Shown: positions 1-8,913, counted from the whole stretch's first letter. The stretch is 61,522 nucleotides of DNA, filler included, from Archaeoglobus sp. JdFR-37 (GCA_002010215.1; 3 parts of 3 records of this genome joined end to end with filler, not necessarily neighbours in it), one strand, 5' to 3'. Notes: a model not told the origin generated them from the sequence alone. Made by a program: numbers and translations.

Positions 1-50
1 GGAGAAAGAAGCTGGAGGAGTTGAGAGAAGATGATGAAGCAAACCCATGA
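1..50 (+). CDS. 3' end of an unknown gene entering the window
   Basis: The frame from position 3 reads RKKLEELREDDEANP* (TGA 48-50) and is purine-rich and coding-like. Confidence 0.35.
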   Translation, partial: RKKLEELREDDEANP

Positions 51-390
51 GATTCCGGATGTGCTATATAGAATTGCAGCTGCAAGTGTGGTCATGAGTG
101 GGCATGAGTGGGCATCATCGGGCATGAGTGGGCATCATTATGAGAGAACGAGAATTATGCTGCGGAAAGATATTAAAGAATTTCTGGAGTCTGAGGGCCT
201 GGACGTCAGTGTTGTTGTCAATCGATTGTTAGAAAACTTCATAATCGCTTATCGGGCATTTTGGAACTCCTACGAAAAAGAAGTTATGCTCCGGCCGGGA
301 TTTGAACCCGGGTCACGGAATCGAGAGTCCCGTATGATTGGCCGGGCTACACCACCGGAGCCTGTTCCGGACATACCAGAGTGGGGTTAA
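31..390 (+). CDS. Probable N-terminal fragment of a tRNA-split (SSV1-type) tyrosine integrase; real start may be ATG 94 or 124
   Basis: An RHH/CcdA-like segment (RTRIMLRKDIKEFLESEGLDVSVVVNRLLENF) reads in frame into the antisense of the tRNA-Glu 3' half (MLRPGFEPGS). Confidence 0.55.
   Translation: MMKQTHEIPDVLYRIAAASVVMSGHEWASSGMSGHHYERTRIMLRKDIKEFLESEGLDVSVVVNRLLENFIIAYRAFWNSYEKEVMLRPGFEPGSRNRESRMIGRATPPEPVPDIPEWG
91..140. repeat. Degenerate 10-bp tandem repeat, 5 units
   Basis: gtcatgagtg-ggcatgagtg-ggcatcatcg-ggcatgagtg-ggcatcatta. Confidence 0.85.
287..361 (-). tRNA. tRNA-Glu(CTC)
   Basis: Reverse complement GCTCCGGTGGTGTAGCCCGGCCAATCATACGGGACTCTCGATTCCGTGACCCGGGTTCAAATCCCGGCCGGAGCA folds as a cloverleaf. 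Anticodon CTC, no intron, TATA-like TTATTAA 25 nt upstream. Confidence 0.97.
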
Positions 391-640
391 TAATTCTTTC
401 GCTTGAGGTAATTATTTGTATTTTTCTCGAATTATCTCCCTACTTCACAAATATAGCAAAATTTTGATGAGATATCATAAATGAGAGGGCAGATTTTTGT
501 TTACTCCACTCGTTTTCCTTGATTTTTCATTTATCTTCCCACCCGGCCTTTCCTCCGTCTTCAGTTCAGGCTGTGCTCAAAACCTCTCAGAACTTTCACA
601 CCTTTGAATTTCTGCAACTTGCAATGATAACCACTGCAAG

Positions 641-658
641 AAGAAACCTTTATAAATA
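641..658 (+). promoter_or_regulatory. BRE/TATA promoter of the cobalamin operon
   Basis: aagaaacc-TTTATAAA upstream of SD GGAGGT (690-695) and the cbiM ATG. Confidence 0.6.
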
Positions 659-701
659 GTAAGTCAAGTTTCCTTGATATGTTTTCAATGGAGGTGGAGT
701 A

Positions 702-1361
702 ATGCATATTGCAGAGGGCTTCTTACCACCAGGCTGGGCAGCATTTTGGTATGCTTTTTCCCTTCCAGTGGTAGCTTATGGGGCGTATAAAGCTAAGAAG
801 AGAATTGACGAAGATCCAAAGAGCAAGTCTCTTCTGGCTGTAGCTGGAGCATTCATATTTGTTTTATCAGCCCTGAAAATACCATCTGTAATAACGGGAA
901 GCTGCTCTCATCCCACAGGAACTGGTATTGCAGTGGTTCTTTTCGGCCCAGTTATCACAGCTTTCCTCTCCATACTGGCTCTGCTTTATCAGGCTTTGCT
1001 CCTAGCTCACGGAGGGATAACGACACTTGGAGCAAACACAGCTTCCATGGGAATTGTTGGACCTTTTGTGGGGTGGTTGGCTTACAGTGCTGTTAGAAAT
1101 AGAATCGATGTTAAGATTGCAACCTTCGTAGCTGCCGCCATTGCAGATTGGGTGACCTATGTGGTTACATCATTCCAGCTGGCCCTCGCCTTTCCGTCTG
1201 GAGTAGGATTAGCTGGAGTCATGGCTTCAGCAACTAAATTCATGGCGATATTCGCGGTAACTCAGGTTCCACTTGCCGTTATAGAGGGAGTGGTGGCAGC
1301 GCTGCTGATAGGATACCTCATACAGGTTAGAGAGGATGTTGTTGCTGGGGTGACAGCATGA
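702..1361 (+). CDS. cbiM: Cobalt ECF transporter S component
   Basis: MHIAEGFLP N-terminus, SCSHPTG, LLAHGG. Confidence 0.96.
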   Translation: MHIAEGFLPPGWAAFWYAFSLPVVAYGAYKAKKRIDEDPKSKSLLAVAGAFIFVLSALKIPSVITGSCSHPTGTGIAVVLFGPVITAFLSILALLYQALLLAHGGITTLGANTASMGIVGPFVGWLAYSAVRNRIDVKIATFVAAAIADWVTYVVTSFQLALAFPSGVGLAGVMASATKFMAIFAVTQVPLAVIEGVVAALLIGYLIQVREDVVAGVTA

Positions 1362-1630
1362 AGGCTGTGTTCATTATAGCCGCTATCGTTCTTCTCGTGT
1401 TCCTCTCTCAACTTACACTGTCTGCAGAATGGACTGGAGCAGATGAGCAGGCAGAGCTGGCAATATCAGACATCAATCCCCACTACGAACCTTGGTTTTC
1501 ACCAATTTGGGAGCCGCCGAGTGGAGAGATCGAGACCTTCCTCTTCTCACTCCAGGCAGCCATAGGTGCTCTACTCATCGGATACTTCTTGGGATATTAC
1601 AGAGGAATCAGACATGCACGAAACGCTTGA
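1358..1630 (+). CDS. cbiN: Cobalt ECF transporter component
   Basis: WTGADEQA, YEPWFSPIWEPPSGEIE...LQAAIG. Confidence 0.95.
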   Translation: MKAVFIIAAIVLLVFLSQLTLSAEWTGADEQAELAISDINPHYEPWFSPIWEPPSGEIETFLFSLQAAIGALLIGYFLGYYRGIRHARNA

Positions 1631-2345
1631 AGAAGTGCAGACTGTTTCTAGAAAAATAATCAAAGGAGATCTGAGAATATACTTCTCCCTTCTCTCCCTA
1701 TTTTTTGTCGTGTTTAGCGGTAAGTCTGCGGTCTATATAACTGCCTTCATGCTGTTTTCAGCTTTGTCAATTCACGCTGCCGGAAAGCACTATCTGAAGG
1801 TTGTGAAAATACCCGCATATTTTTTGACTTCCAGCATGCTTGTTCTTGTGGTCTTCATTCCGGGAAATCCTGTATTTAAACTCCCATTTCTCCCTCTGGC
1901 GATAACTGACGAGGGGCTTAGAACTGCAACAATCACCACAACCAGAGCCTTTGCATCCCTCTCCGTTCTTGCATACTTGATTTTAACCACCACAATCCCT
2001 GAGATCTTCTCTGCTCTGAAAAGGCTCAAACTGCCGGAATTCGTTGTTGAAACCGCTCTGCTGATGTACCGGACTATACAGATTTTAATGGATGAGGCAA
2101 TGAGGTTAGACAGAGCAGCATCGTCAAGGCTGGGTTACATCAGCAAGAGGGCTTTTGTGAACACTGCAGCTCTTCTGAGCTATTCTCTCTTCATTAAATC
2201 TCTCAACAGAGCCGAGAAGCTGGATAACGCCATGGAAGCCAGGTGTTACCAGGGAGTTATGCCGGTGATGAAGTATAGCAGTTCTGGATATGGGTATGCA
2301 TCTATCGTGCTTCTGAGCCTTATGGTAGCATGGCTGGTGGGGTGA
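1614..2345 (+). CDS. cbiQ: Cobalt ECF transporter T component
   Basis: Multi-TM protein with SRLG and AMEARCY motifs, in operon position. Confidence 0.92.
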   Translation: MHETLEEVQTVSRKIIKGDLRIYFSLLSLFFVVFSGKSAVYITAFMLFSALSIHAAGKHYLKVVKIPAYFLTSSMLVLVVFIPGNPVFKLPFLPLAITDEGLRTATITTTRAFASLSVLAYLILTTTIPEIFSALKRLKLPEFVVETALLMYRTIQILMDEAMRLDRAASSRLGYISKRAFVNTAALLSYSLFIKSLNRAEKLDNAMEARCYQGVMPVMKYSSSGYGYASIVLLSLMVAWLVG

Positions 2346-2353
2346 GGGGCTGA

Positions 2354-3397
2354 ATGATAGAAACAAGGGATTTATGGTTCGCTTACAGCAATAATACTGT
2401 CTTAAAGGGGGTCAATTTCAGGGCTCAGAAAGGGGAAGTAACAATACTTCTGGGGAAAAATGGTGCCGGGAAGTCAACGCTCCTGATGCATCTGAATGGT
2501 CTGTTGAAGCCACTGAAGGGAGAAGTCTGGGTAGATGGTGCTAAAGTTCGTTATGATAAGCAAAGTCTGATGGAACTCAGGAGGAAAGTCGGCTTTGTGT
2601 TCCAGAATCCAGATGATCAAATAATCGCTCCCACCGTGTGGCAGGACGTTGCATTTGGCCCTAAAAATCTGGGTATAGAGGATGATAGGATTGTTGAAGA
2701 GGCACTAAAAGCAGTGGGACTTGAAGGCTACGAGAACAGACTCTGCAATGGATTGAGTGGAGGTGAGAAGAAGAGGGTTGCAATAGCCGGAGTGCTTGCC
2801 ATGAAGCCGGAATACATCATCATGGATGAGCCTACTGCTGGTCTGGATGGCGTCGGTCTCAAGAGCATGGTAGAACTTGTAGAAAAGCTCAGAAGGGAAG
2901 GAAAAACCCTGATCATCTCTACCCACGATCTCGACTTTGCCACAGAGATAGGAGACAAATTTGTCATGCTCTCTGATGGCAGGATTGTTTACGAAGGTGA
3001 CAGCATAGACTATAGCCTTGCAGAGGAGTGCGGAATAAGGCTGGGAATTTTTGGAAGAAGAAGAGAACTTGTAGTTATCCCTCATACAAGCCCCATCCCT
3101 GAATTGCATCCAGATTTTGTTGCAGTGATGGGCAGAAACGCCAGACAGAAGCTGGAAGATGAGGGGCTTGAAGCTGATATTCTCACAGCAAGCCTAGAGA
3201 GGTCTATTTTAAGGGCTATAAGCGGTAATACTGTTTTACTCGTTTGCAGTCAGGAGATGCTGGATGTGGTGAGAAGAGAAGCCCTAAATTTCCCAATTAA
3301 ACTTCGAATTGTAGATGGAGTAGATGGAGTGTTGAAGGAGGGGGATGATAAAGTGGGAGGTGAGGCTACTTGGAGTTCCTACTCCTCGCAGCAATAA
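2354..3397 (+). CDS. cbiO: Cobalt ECF ATPase with extra C-terminal domain
   Basis: GKNGAGKST, FQNPDDQ, LSGGEKKR, MDEPT. Confidence 0.93.
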   Translation: MIETRDLWFAYSNNTVLKGVNFRAQKGEVTILLGKNGAGKSTLLMHLNGLLKPLKGEVWVDGAKVRYDKQSLMELRRKVGFVFQNPDDQIIAPTVWQDVAFGPKNLGIEDDRIVEEALKAVGLEGYENRLCNGLSGGEKKRVAIAGVLAMKPEYIIMDEPTAGLDGVGLKSMVELVEKLRREGKTLIISTHDLDFATEIGDKFVMLSDGRIVYEGDSIDYSLAEECGIRLGIFGRRRELVVIPHTSPIPELHPDFVAVMGRNARQKLEDEGLEADILTASLERSILRAISGNTVLLVCSQEMLDVVRREALNFPIKLRIVDGVDGVLKEGDDKVGGEATWSSYSSQQ

Positions 3398-4002
3398 GCA
3401 TTGCCATAGTCCACTCTTTCGCTCCCGACCACTATCTCCCAATTGTAACAATCGCAAGGATGAAGAACTGGGGAGCTGGGAAAGCTGCAGGGTTGTCAGG
3501 AATTGCTGCCGGAATTCACGTTGCAACCTCAGTTATACTGAGCTTAGCCGTGTTCACGGGATTAGACTTGGCAGGATATGCGAAGACGCTTGAAGAGGTT
3601 TCACCACTAATGCTCATCCTCTTTGGTCTGCTTTATACTTTGATGTCTGTCATCAGGCCCCACAAGCATGTTCACTCTCTATCTACCACCACCCTCTTGC
3701 TAGTTTTGGGCCTTTCGCCATGCGTTCCTCTCATCCCTATAGTGCTGGCAACTTCTACCTTTTCTCAGGCAATGTTTGTTGCGCTGCTTTTCTCTGTTGC
3801 AACCATATCCACCATTGTTACTCTGACATATATCTCCTACAAGGCCTTCAAACCGCCGAGGATTGATGAAAAGGAAGATGTTGTGGCGGGCATAATTGTG
3901 GCAGCAGTAGGCTTAATAATGTACATTCTGGAGGGAAAGATATGGATATCACGGCACCAAAAGATGCTGGTAAGTATACCAAGGATGAAATCATTGGCGT
4001 AA
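3370..4002 (+). CDS. Nickel/cobalt transporter-like membrane protein (NiCoT/RcnA/UreH-like)
   Basis: HSFAPDH motif, His-rich loop HKHVH, SPC motif; TTG start preceded by GGAGGTGA. Confidence 0.7.
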   Translation: MEFLLLAAISIAIVHSFAPDHYLPIVTIARMKNWGAGKAAGLSGIAAGIHVATSVILSLAVFTGLDLAGYAKTLEEVSPLMLILFGLLYTLMSVIRPHKHVHSLSTTTLLLVLGLSPCVPLIPIVLATSTFSQAMFVALLFSVATISTIVTLTYISYKAFKPPRIDEKEDVVAGIIVAAVGLIMYILEGKIWISRHQKMLVSIPRMKSLA

Positions 4003-4466
4003 TCTTCTCTAAGCTTCATCCCCAGCACCACCAAGTCTTTGCGGATATAGGCTGTGGAAGTGGGAAGGTAGCTGAATTCTTCGCACCCTATGTGGAGAAA
4101 GTTTATGCAATTGATGTTGACAAAGCCGCAATACAGGAGGCTATAAAGAGGCTGGAAGTATTCGGTAATGTGGAGGTCAAGATTATGGAGGGTATGGAAT
4201 TTCTCAAGGAATACGATTATGACATCGTCTTCTTTGGCGGCACAGTAGGAATAGAAGAAATGCTGGAAATTGCCGCTAAAAAAGCTGAGAAGGTAGTAGT
4301 AAATGCTGCTCGCATGGAAGTTGCAGCGAGAGTGATTAACAAGATGAAAAAGCTTGGAATTTTTAAAGAGGCGCTGATTGTGAACATCTCGAAGAGTTAT
4401 GAGCTTTCAGGCGGAACTGCTTTCAGATCTCTTAATCCCGTTTTCGTGGTGGTTGGATGCTTGTAG
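3942..4466 (+). CDS. cbiT: Cobalt-precorrin-6B C15-methyltransferase (decarboxylating)
   Basis: TKDEI..., DIGCGSG SAM motif, FFGG, NPVFVV. Confidence 0.85.
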   Translation: MDITAPKDAGKYTKDEIIGVIFSKLHPQHHQVFADIGCGSGKVAEFFAPYVEKVYAIDVDKAAIQEAIKRLEVFGNVEVKIMEGMEFLKEYDYDIVFFGGTVGIEEMLEIAAKKAEKVVVNAARMEVAARVINKMKKLGIFKEALIVNISKSYELSGGTAFRSLNPVFVVVGCL

Positions 4467-5068
4467 GGGTTGGTCTGGGACCGGGAGATCCAGAGCTTTT
4501 AACGATAAAGGCTGTGAAGGCAATAGAAGAAGCTGATGAGGTAATAGTTCCGGGAAAGCTGGCTTATGATGTGGTTTCCCGCTACAGAAAGCCAAGACTG
4601 GTAGAGTTTCCTATGGGGATGAGTGAGAAAGTAGAAGATGTGCTTTCGGATGAGTTGGCCAACAGGTGCGTTGAAGAAGACGTAGTCTTCGCAACACTTG
4701 GAGATGTGGCATTCTTTTCCACCTTTCAGCACATAGCAACAAAAACAAGGGAAAAGAATCCTGATGTTGAAATCAGGATGATTCCAGGAGTGCCAAGCTT
4801 CACGGCAGTGTTCTCGAAGCTCAATCTTTTCGTAGATGCCCCCATTCTGATTACAACACCCGAACTCAGGAACGCTGAATATGTCGTTGTCCTCAAGGCC
4901 AAAAAACCTAGAGAGATTGCCAGAGAGCTTGAAAAAAGAGGTTACGATAGATTTGTGATCGCAGAAAGAATTTTCATGGATGGAGAATACTTGGGAGAAA
5001 TTGGAAAAGCCGGAGAGATTGAGGAGAGAGCGGACTACTTCACGTTGCTGGTAGGATTGGGGATATGA
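4457..5068 (+). CDS. cbiL: Cobalt-factor II C20-methyltransferase
   Basis: GVGLGPGDPELLTIKA, FPM, TLGD...STF. Confidence 0.88.
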   Translation: MLVGVGLGPGDPELLTIKAVKAIEEADEVIVPGKLAYDVVSRYRKPRLVEFPMGMSEKVEDVLSDELANRCVEEDVVFATLGDVAFFSTFQHIATKTREKNPDVEIRMIPGVPSFTAVFSKLNLFVDAPILITTPELRNAEYVVVLKAKKPREIARELEKRGYDRFVIAERIFMDGEYLGEIGKAGEIEERADYFTLLVGLGI

Positions 5069-5111
5069 GGGGATAGAGGGATATAAATGATATGAAGGGA
5101 GGAGGAGAGCA

Positions 5112-5834
5112 ATGAAGAATAGAAACAGAGCTAAAGTATATTTTGTAGGATTTGGGCCAGGTGATCCAGAGCTTCTTACCATTAAGGCCCGTAAACTTCT
5201 GGAACAGGCAGACCTTATTATATATCCCGGCTCCCTTATTGACGAAAAATTTCTCAGCCAGTTTCAAGGGAAGAAAGTAAGCAGCTACGGCATGAAACTT
5301 GAAGAGATTGTAGAACTTATCGTGGCCTCGATTAATGATGGAAAGATTGTGGTAAGGCTTCAGAGTGGAGACCCTAGCATCTATGGAGCAATCAATGAGC
5401 AGATTTCCGAACTCGAAAATCGTGGGATCGATGTGGAGGTCGTACCTGGGGTCAGCAGCGTTTTTGCTGCAGCAGCCTCATTGAAAAGAGAGTTGACGTG
5501 TCCAGACCTTGGAATTGGCGTTGTTATAGCAAGACCCGCAGGAAAAACACTGGATGAAGACCATCTCGATAGACTCGCCAGACTGCCCTTCACCCTTGTA
5601 ATCCTCCTTGGAGCCGATAAGGTTGAATACATTGCAGAAAAGGTTGGAAGAGTAAGGGGTATTGAAGAGCCGGTAGCAGTAGTTTACCACGCTTCACGGC
5701 ATGATGAGGTAATTGTTGAAGGTACCCTGGCAGATATTGCCGAGAAAGTCAAAGCAGCAGGAATAAAGAAGACTGCAGTCATAATAATCGGTAAGGCTCT
5801 TAAAGAGGTCAGGAGGTCTGTCCTATACGCATAG
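5112..5834 (+). CDS. cbiF: Cobalt-precorrin-4 C11-methyltransferase
   Basis: VYFVGFGPGDPELLT, YPGSL, RLQSGDPSIYGA, RSVLY. Confidence 0.93.
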   Translation: MKNRNRAKVYFVGFGPGDPELLTIKARKLLEQADLIIYPGSLIDEKFLSQFQGKKVSSYGMKLEEIVELIVASINDGKIVVRLQSGDPSIYGAINEQISELENRGIDVEVVPGVSSVFAAAASLKRELTCPDLGIGVVIARPAGKTLDEDHLDRLARLPFTLVILLGADKVEYIAEKVGRVRGIEEPVAVVYHASRHDEVIVEGTLADIAEKVKAAGIKKTAVIIIGKALKEVRRSVLYA

Positions 5835-6520
5835 CTGTTGTAGGATTTGGAAAAGATATAGAACAGCTCAGAAAACTTGCAGAATTTCTGAGGGCAGACA
5901 TTCAACCATATAAACCCGGAATATGGAGAGAACTGCTAGAATACGATTGCATAGTTGCGTATATGCCGATAGGGATAGTCGTGAGAGGAATTGCGCCCCA
6001 TTTGAAGAGCAAGTGGGTTGATCCTGCTGTTGTGGTTGTTGACAAGCCCATGCGCTTCGCCATTCCGATTCTCGGTGGACACCACGGCGGGAATGAGGTG
6101 GCAAGGATGCTGGAATCCATTGGCATGACAGCAGTCATCACCACCGCAGCCGAATACGAAGATGGACTGTGCGTGGGAATAGGATGCAGAAAAGGCGTTG
6201 GAATGGGAGAAGTCCTGAATGCCGTAAGAAAAGCCCTGAGGGAAATTGAAGCTGGAATAGAGGATGTTAGACTCTTTGCCACTGCCGAACTTAAAAAGAG
6301 TGAAGCTGGCCTGATTGCAGCTATTGACACCCTCAAAAAACCACTGATGTTCCTGAATCGAGACGAAATAAACAGTGTTCTTGAAGCAGAACCCTCAAAG
6401 GCCAGAAAGGTAGGATTGAGGAGTGTTGCTGAAGCGTGTGCCCTTTATTTCTCCAATGAGAAGAAATTGCTGCTTCCAAAGAGGGTGTATGGAAATGTCA
6501 CAATCGCAATCGCAAGGTAA
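5825..6520 (+). CDS. cbiG: Cobalt-precorrin-5A hydrolase, apparently starting at ATA
   Basis: GIVVR, DPAVVVVD, GGHHGGN, VITTA, GIGCRKG, VAEACA. The frame is open upstream of ATG 5963 back to 5804. Confidence 0.88.
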   Translation: MRIAVVGFGKDIEQLRKLAEFLRADIQPYKPGIWRELLEYDCIVAYMPIGIVVRGIAPHLKSKWVDPAVVVVDKPMRFAIPILGGHHGGNEVARMLESIGMTAVITTAAEYEDGLCVGIGCRKGVGMGEVLNAVRKALREIEAGIEDVRLFATAELKKSEAGLIAAIDTLKKPLMFLNRDEINSVLEAEPSKARKVGLRSVAEACALYFSNEKKLLLPKRVYGNVTIAIAR

Positions 6521-7307
6521 GCTGTATGTTGTGGGAATTGGTCCGGGAAGTCAGGATTTGCTAACTCTGAAAGCCATAGAGGTCATAAAAAGTTCGGACT
6601 ACGTAATAGGTCATACTACTTACGTCAATAGAATAAAACACTTGGTGAGAGGAGAGATTATAGAGAGTGGAATGGGCAGAGAGGTAGAGAGGGTTAAACT
6701 TGCTGTGAAACTTGCAAGAGATAACGTTGTCAGCCTCATAAGCGGTGGAGACCCTAGCGTTTATGGTATGCTCCCTCTTGTGGTTGAGTATATCATAGAA
6801 AGCGGCGAAAAAGTCAAATTTGAAGTTGTACCGGGAGTCACAGCCCTTTCTTCAGCATCACCTCTCCTTGGTTCCCCCATCAGCGGGGATCATGCCGTTA
6901 TCAGTCTGAGCGATCTGCTGATACCATGGGAAGTGATAGAGAAAAGGCTTCGCCACGCACTTCAAGCTGATTTCGTTATAGCCATTTATAATCCCTCTAG
7001 CAGAAAGCGTGCAGGAAATCTTGTCAAAGCGCTCCAGATTGTTCTTCAGGAGAAGGGAGATGTTTTCATAGGCATAGTCAAAAATGCTACCAGAGAAGGA
7101 GAGGAAATTCGGATTTTAAAAGCAACGGATGTCATGGCAAACCCGGAACTGGTGGACATGAATACCCTGCTCATTATTCCCAGTTCTGAAACTCTGGTTA
7201 GAAATGGAGTCATGTACACCCCGAGAGGCTATTCGAGAAAATACAGGCTGGTAGAAGATGGTAAGGAAAGTGATAGAGATGATGACAAAAGGAGAGTGAC
7301 GACATGA
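6495..7307 (+). CDS. cbiH: Cobalt-factor III C17-methyltransferase
   Basis: LYVVGIGPG, SGGDPSVYGM, ISLSDLL.PW, YNP.S..R, TPRGY. Confidence 0.93.
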   Translation: MSQSQSQGKLYVVGIGPGSQDLLTLKAIEVIKSSDYVIGHTTYVNRIKHLVRGEIIESGMGREVERVKLAVKLARDNVVSLISGGDPSVYGMLPLVVEYIIESGEKVKFEVVPGVTALSSASPLLGSPISGDHAVISLSDLLIPWEVIEKRLRHALQADFVIAIYNPSSRKRAGNLVKALQIVLQEKGDVFIGIVKNATREGEEIRILKATDVMANPELVDMNTLLIIPSSETLVRNGVMYTPRGYSRKYRLVEDGKESDRDDDKRRVTT

Positions 7308-7912
7308 AAATTGATATGGGTGACTACACTCTAGAAGCAAAGAAGATTGTGGAGGAAAGCTACAAAATAGTCCAGAAATTCATCCCCGGGAATTCTGCAG
7401 AAGATATGGTTCTCAAGAGGTGCATCATCGCAACGGGGGATCCGGGAATAAAAGACCTGATTGTTTTCAGAAACAATCCGATAAGAGCGGGAATTGAAGC
7501 TTTACGAGATGGCACAGATGTTGTGGTGGATGTTGAAATGGTGAAGGCTGGAATAAACAAAAAGAAGCTTAAGAGTCACGTTCATGTAGCTGTCAGTCTT
7601 GGTTCCAGACCTGATCTGACGAGAGCCGCTGATGGAATCCTCAAGCTCAAGGAAAGGATTGATGGAGGTGTTGTCGCCATAGGTAATGCTCCCTCCGCTG
7701 CCATAGCATTGTGCGACCTCATCAATGAGGGAGTCAGACCTAAACTCATCATTGCAACGCCTGTGGGATTCATCAATGCAGCAGAATCCAAAGAGATGAT
7801 CAGGGAGCTTGACGTGCCATCCATAACAACTGTAGGAACTAGAGGTGGTTCGACGTTATGTGTAGCAATCTTTAATGCCATCCTCAACCTGACTTTCGAA
7901 GATTCCCCATGA
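7304..7912 (+). CDS. cbiC: Cobalt-precorrin-8 methylmutase
   Basis: DVEMVKAGI, IGNAPSA, PVGFINAAESK, RGGS. Confidence 0.93.
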   Translation: MKIDMGDYTLEAKKIVEESYKIVQKFIPGNSAEDMVLKRCIIATGDPGIKDLIVFRNNPIRAGIEALRDGTDVVVDVEMVKAGINKKKLKSHVHVAVSLGSRPDLTRAADGILKLKERIDGGVVAIGNAPSAAIALCDLINEGVRPKLIIATPVGFINAAESKEMIRELDVPSITTVGTRGGSTLCVAIFNAILNLTFEDSP

Positions 7913-8913
7913 CCATGGCTGAATCACAAAGGATAGATCTAACAGACCCATTGGAACTATACGGCTATCCAAAAGAGTGGATTCAGGCACGAGCCGAGGA
8001 GGAAGGAATCAAAGAAGTAATAAGAAAGATAGGCAGTGGACTATACATACTTACCCCCGACGGCTGGCTTAGAAGGGGTATTACGACAGGAACTACAGCC
8101 TCTGCTGCTGTGGTGGCAGCGATAACATCGCTTTACGAAGAGGTGGAAAAAGTGAAAGTACTTACTCCTTCTGGACTTACAGTTAATGTAATTGTGAATG
8201 CAAAAGGGGGTGTTGCAGAAGCGAGAAAATTTGCAGGAGATCATGACTTTGACGCTACGGATGGCTTGTTCATTAGAGCCTTTACGATGACCTCTACGGA
8301 AAACAACAAAAGGATCAGTTTTGGCAGAGGGGTAGGAAGAAGCAGCAAAGGGGTTGCTGTAAGTAGAGCAGCAATGGAGCAGGTCAGAGCGAATTTTGAA
8401 GCTGTGAGCAGAAAGTATGGATATGTGGGTGGAGTGACTGTAGAGGTTCCTGAGGGTGAGAAGATTGCAAAGCTGACAGACAATGAGAGGCTCGGAATCA
8501 GAGGAGGTATATCCATCCTAGGCACTACGGGTTTCGTTGAACCCTGGTGCAGAAAGCTGGTTAAAATTAAAGCAGCAATAGCCTCTCAATACGAAAAAGT
8601 TGCCATTACAACCGGAAGGAATGGATGGAGGTGGTGTATGGAGAATTTAAAGGGCTATAAACCCCTTGTTTTCGGAGTGCATATCGAGGAAGGGTTAAGG
8701 GCTGTTGAGGAAGCAGTTGTAGTGGGCAAGCCTTCCTTACTCCTAAAGTGGGCTGATCCTTCGCTTCGAGGAGAATTGCTTGGTTTGAGGCACGATCCAG
8801 AGTATGCTGACAAAGCTTTGTATCCTTCAGGACTTAAGGTTCTTCAGAAAGCACGTCAAATTAATCCCCGAGTTAAAAAGGTGATTTTGTTGGGTGTGGG
8901 AGAATGGGAGTAA
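7909..8913 (+). CDS. cbiD: Cobalt-precorrin-5B C1-methyltransferase
   Basis: RRGITTGT, AGDH..DATDG, RLGIRGGISILGTTG. Confidence 0.93.
   Translation: MTMAESQRIDLTDPLELYGYPKEWIQARAEEEGIKEVIRKIGSGLYILTPDGWLRRGITTGTTASAAVVAAITSLYEEVEKVKVLTPSGLTVNVIVNAKGGVAEARKFAGDHDFDATDGLFIRAFTMTSTENNKRISFGRGVGRSSKGVAVSRAAMEQVRANFEAVSRKYGYVGGVTVEVPEGEKIAKLTDNERLGIRGGISILGTTGFVEPWCRKLVKIKAAIASQYEKVAITTGRNGWRWCMENLKGYKPLVFGVHIEEGLRAVEEAVVVGKPSLLLKWADPSLRGELLGLRHDPEYADKALYPSGLKVLQKARQINPRVKKVILLGVGEWE

Larger units (their letters stand above)
1..330. mobile_element. Right border (att) of a putative element integrated at tRNA-Glu; the body lies left of the window
   Basis: The ORF converges on and overlaps the tRNA 3' end. 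The second att copy is not visible here. Confidence 0.45.

Noticed and set aside
664..678. TCAAG/CTTGA inverted repeat downstream of the cbi TATA
   Set aside because: Only 5-bp arms and no clear second palindromic copy.
394..700. Cobalamin riboswitch upstream of cbiM
   Set aside because: No B12-box motifs, and the TATA box leaves only a short leader.
4499..5182. 227-aa antisense ORF
   Set aside because: Shadow of cbiL/cbiF with no motifs.
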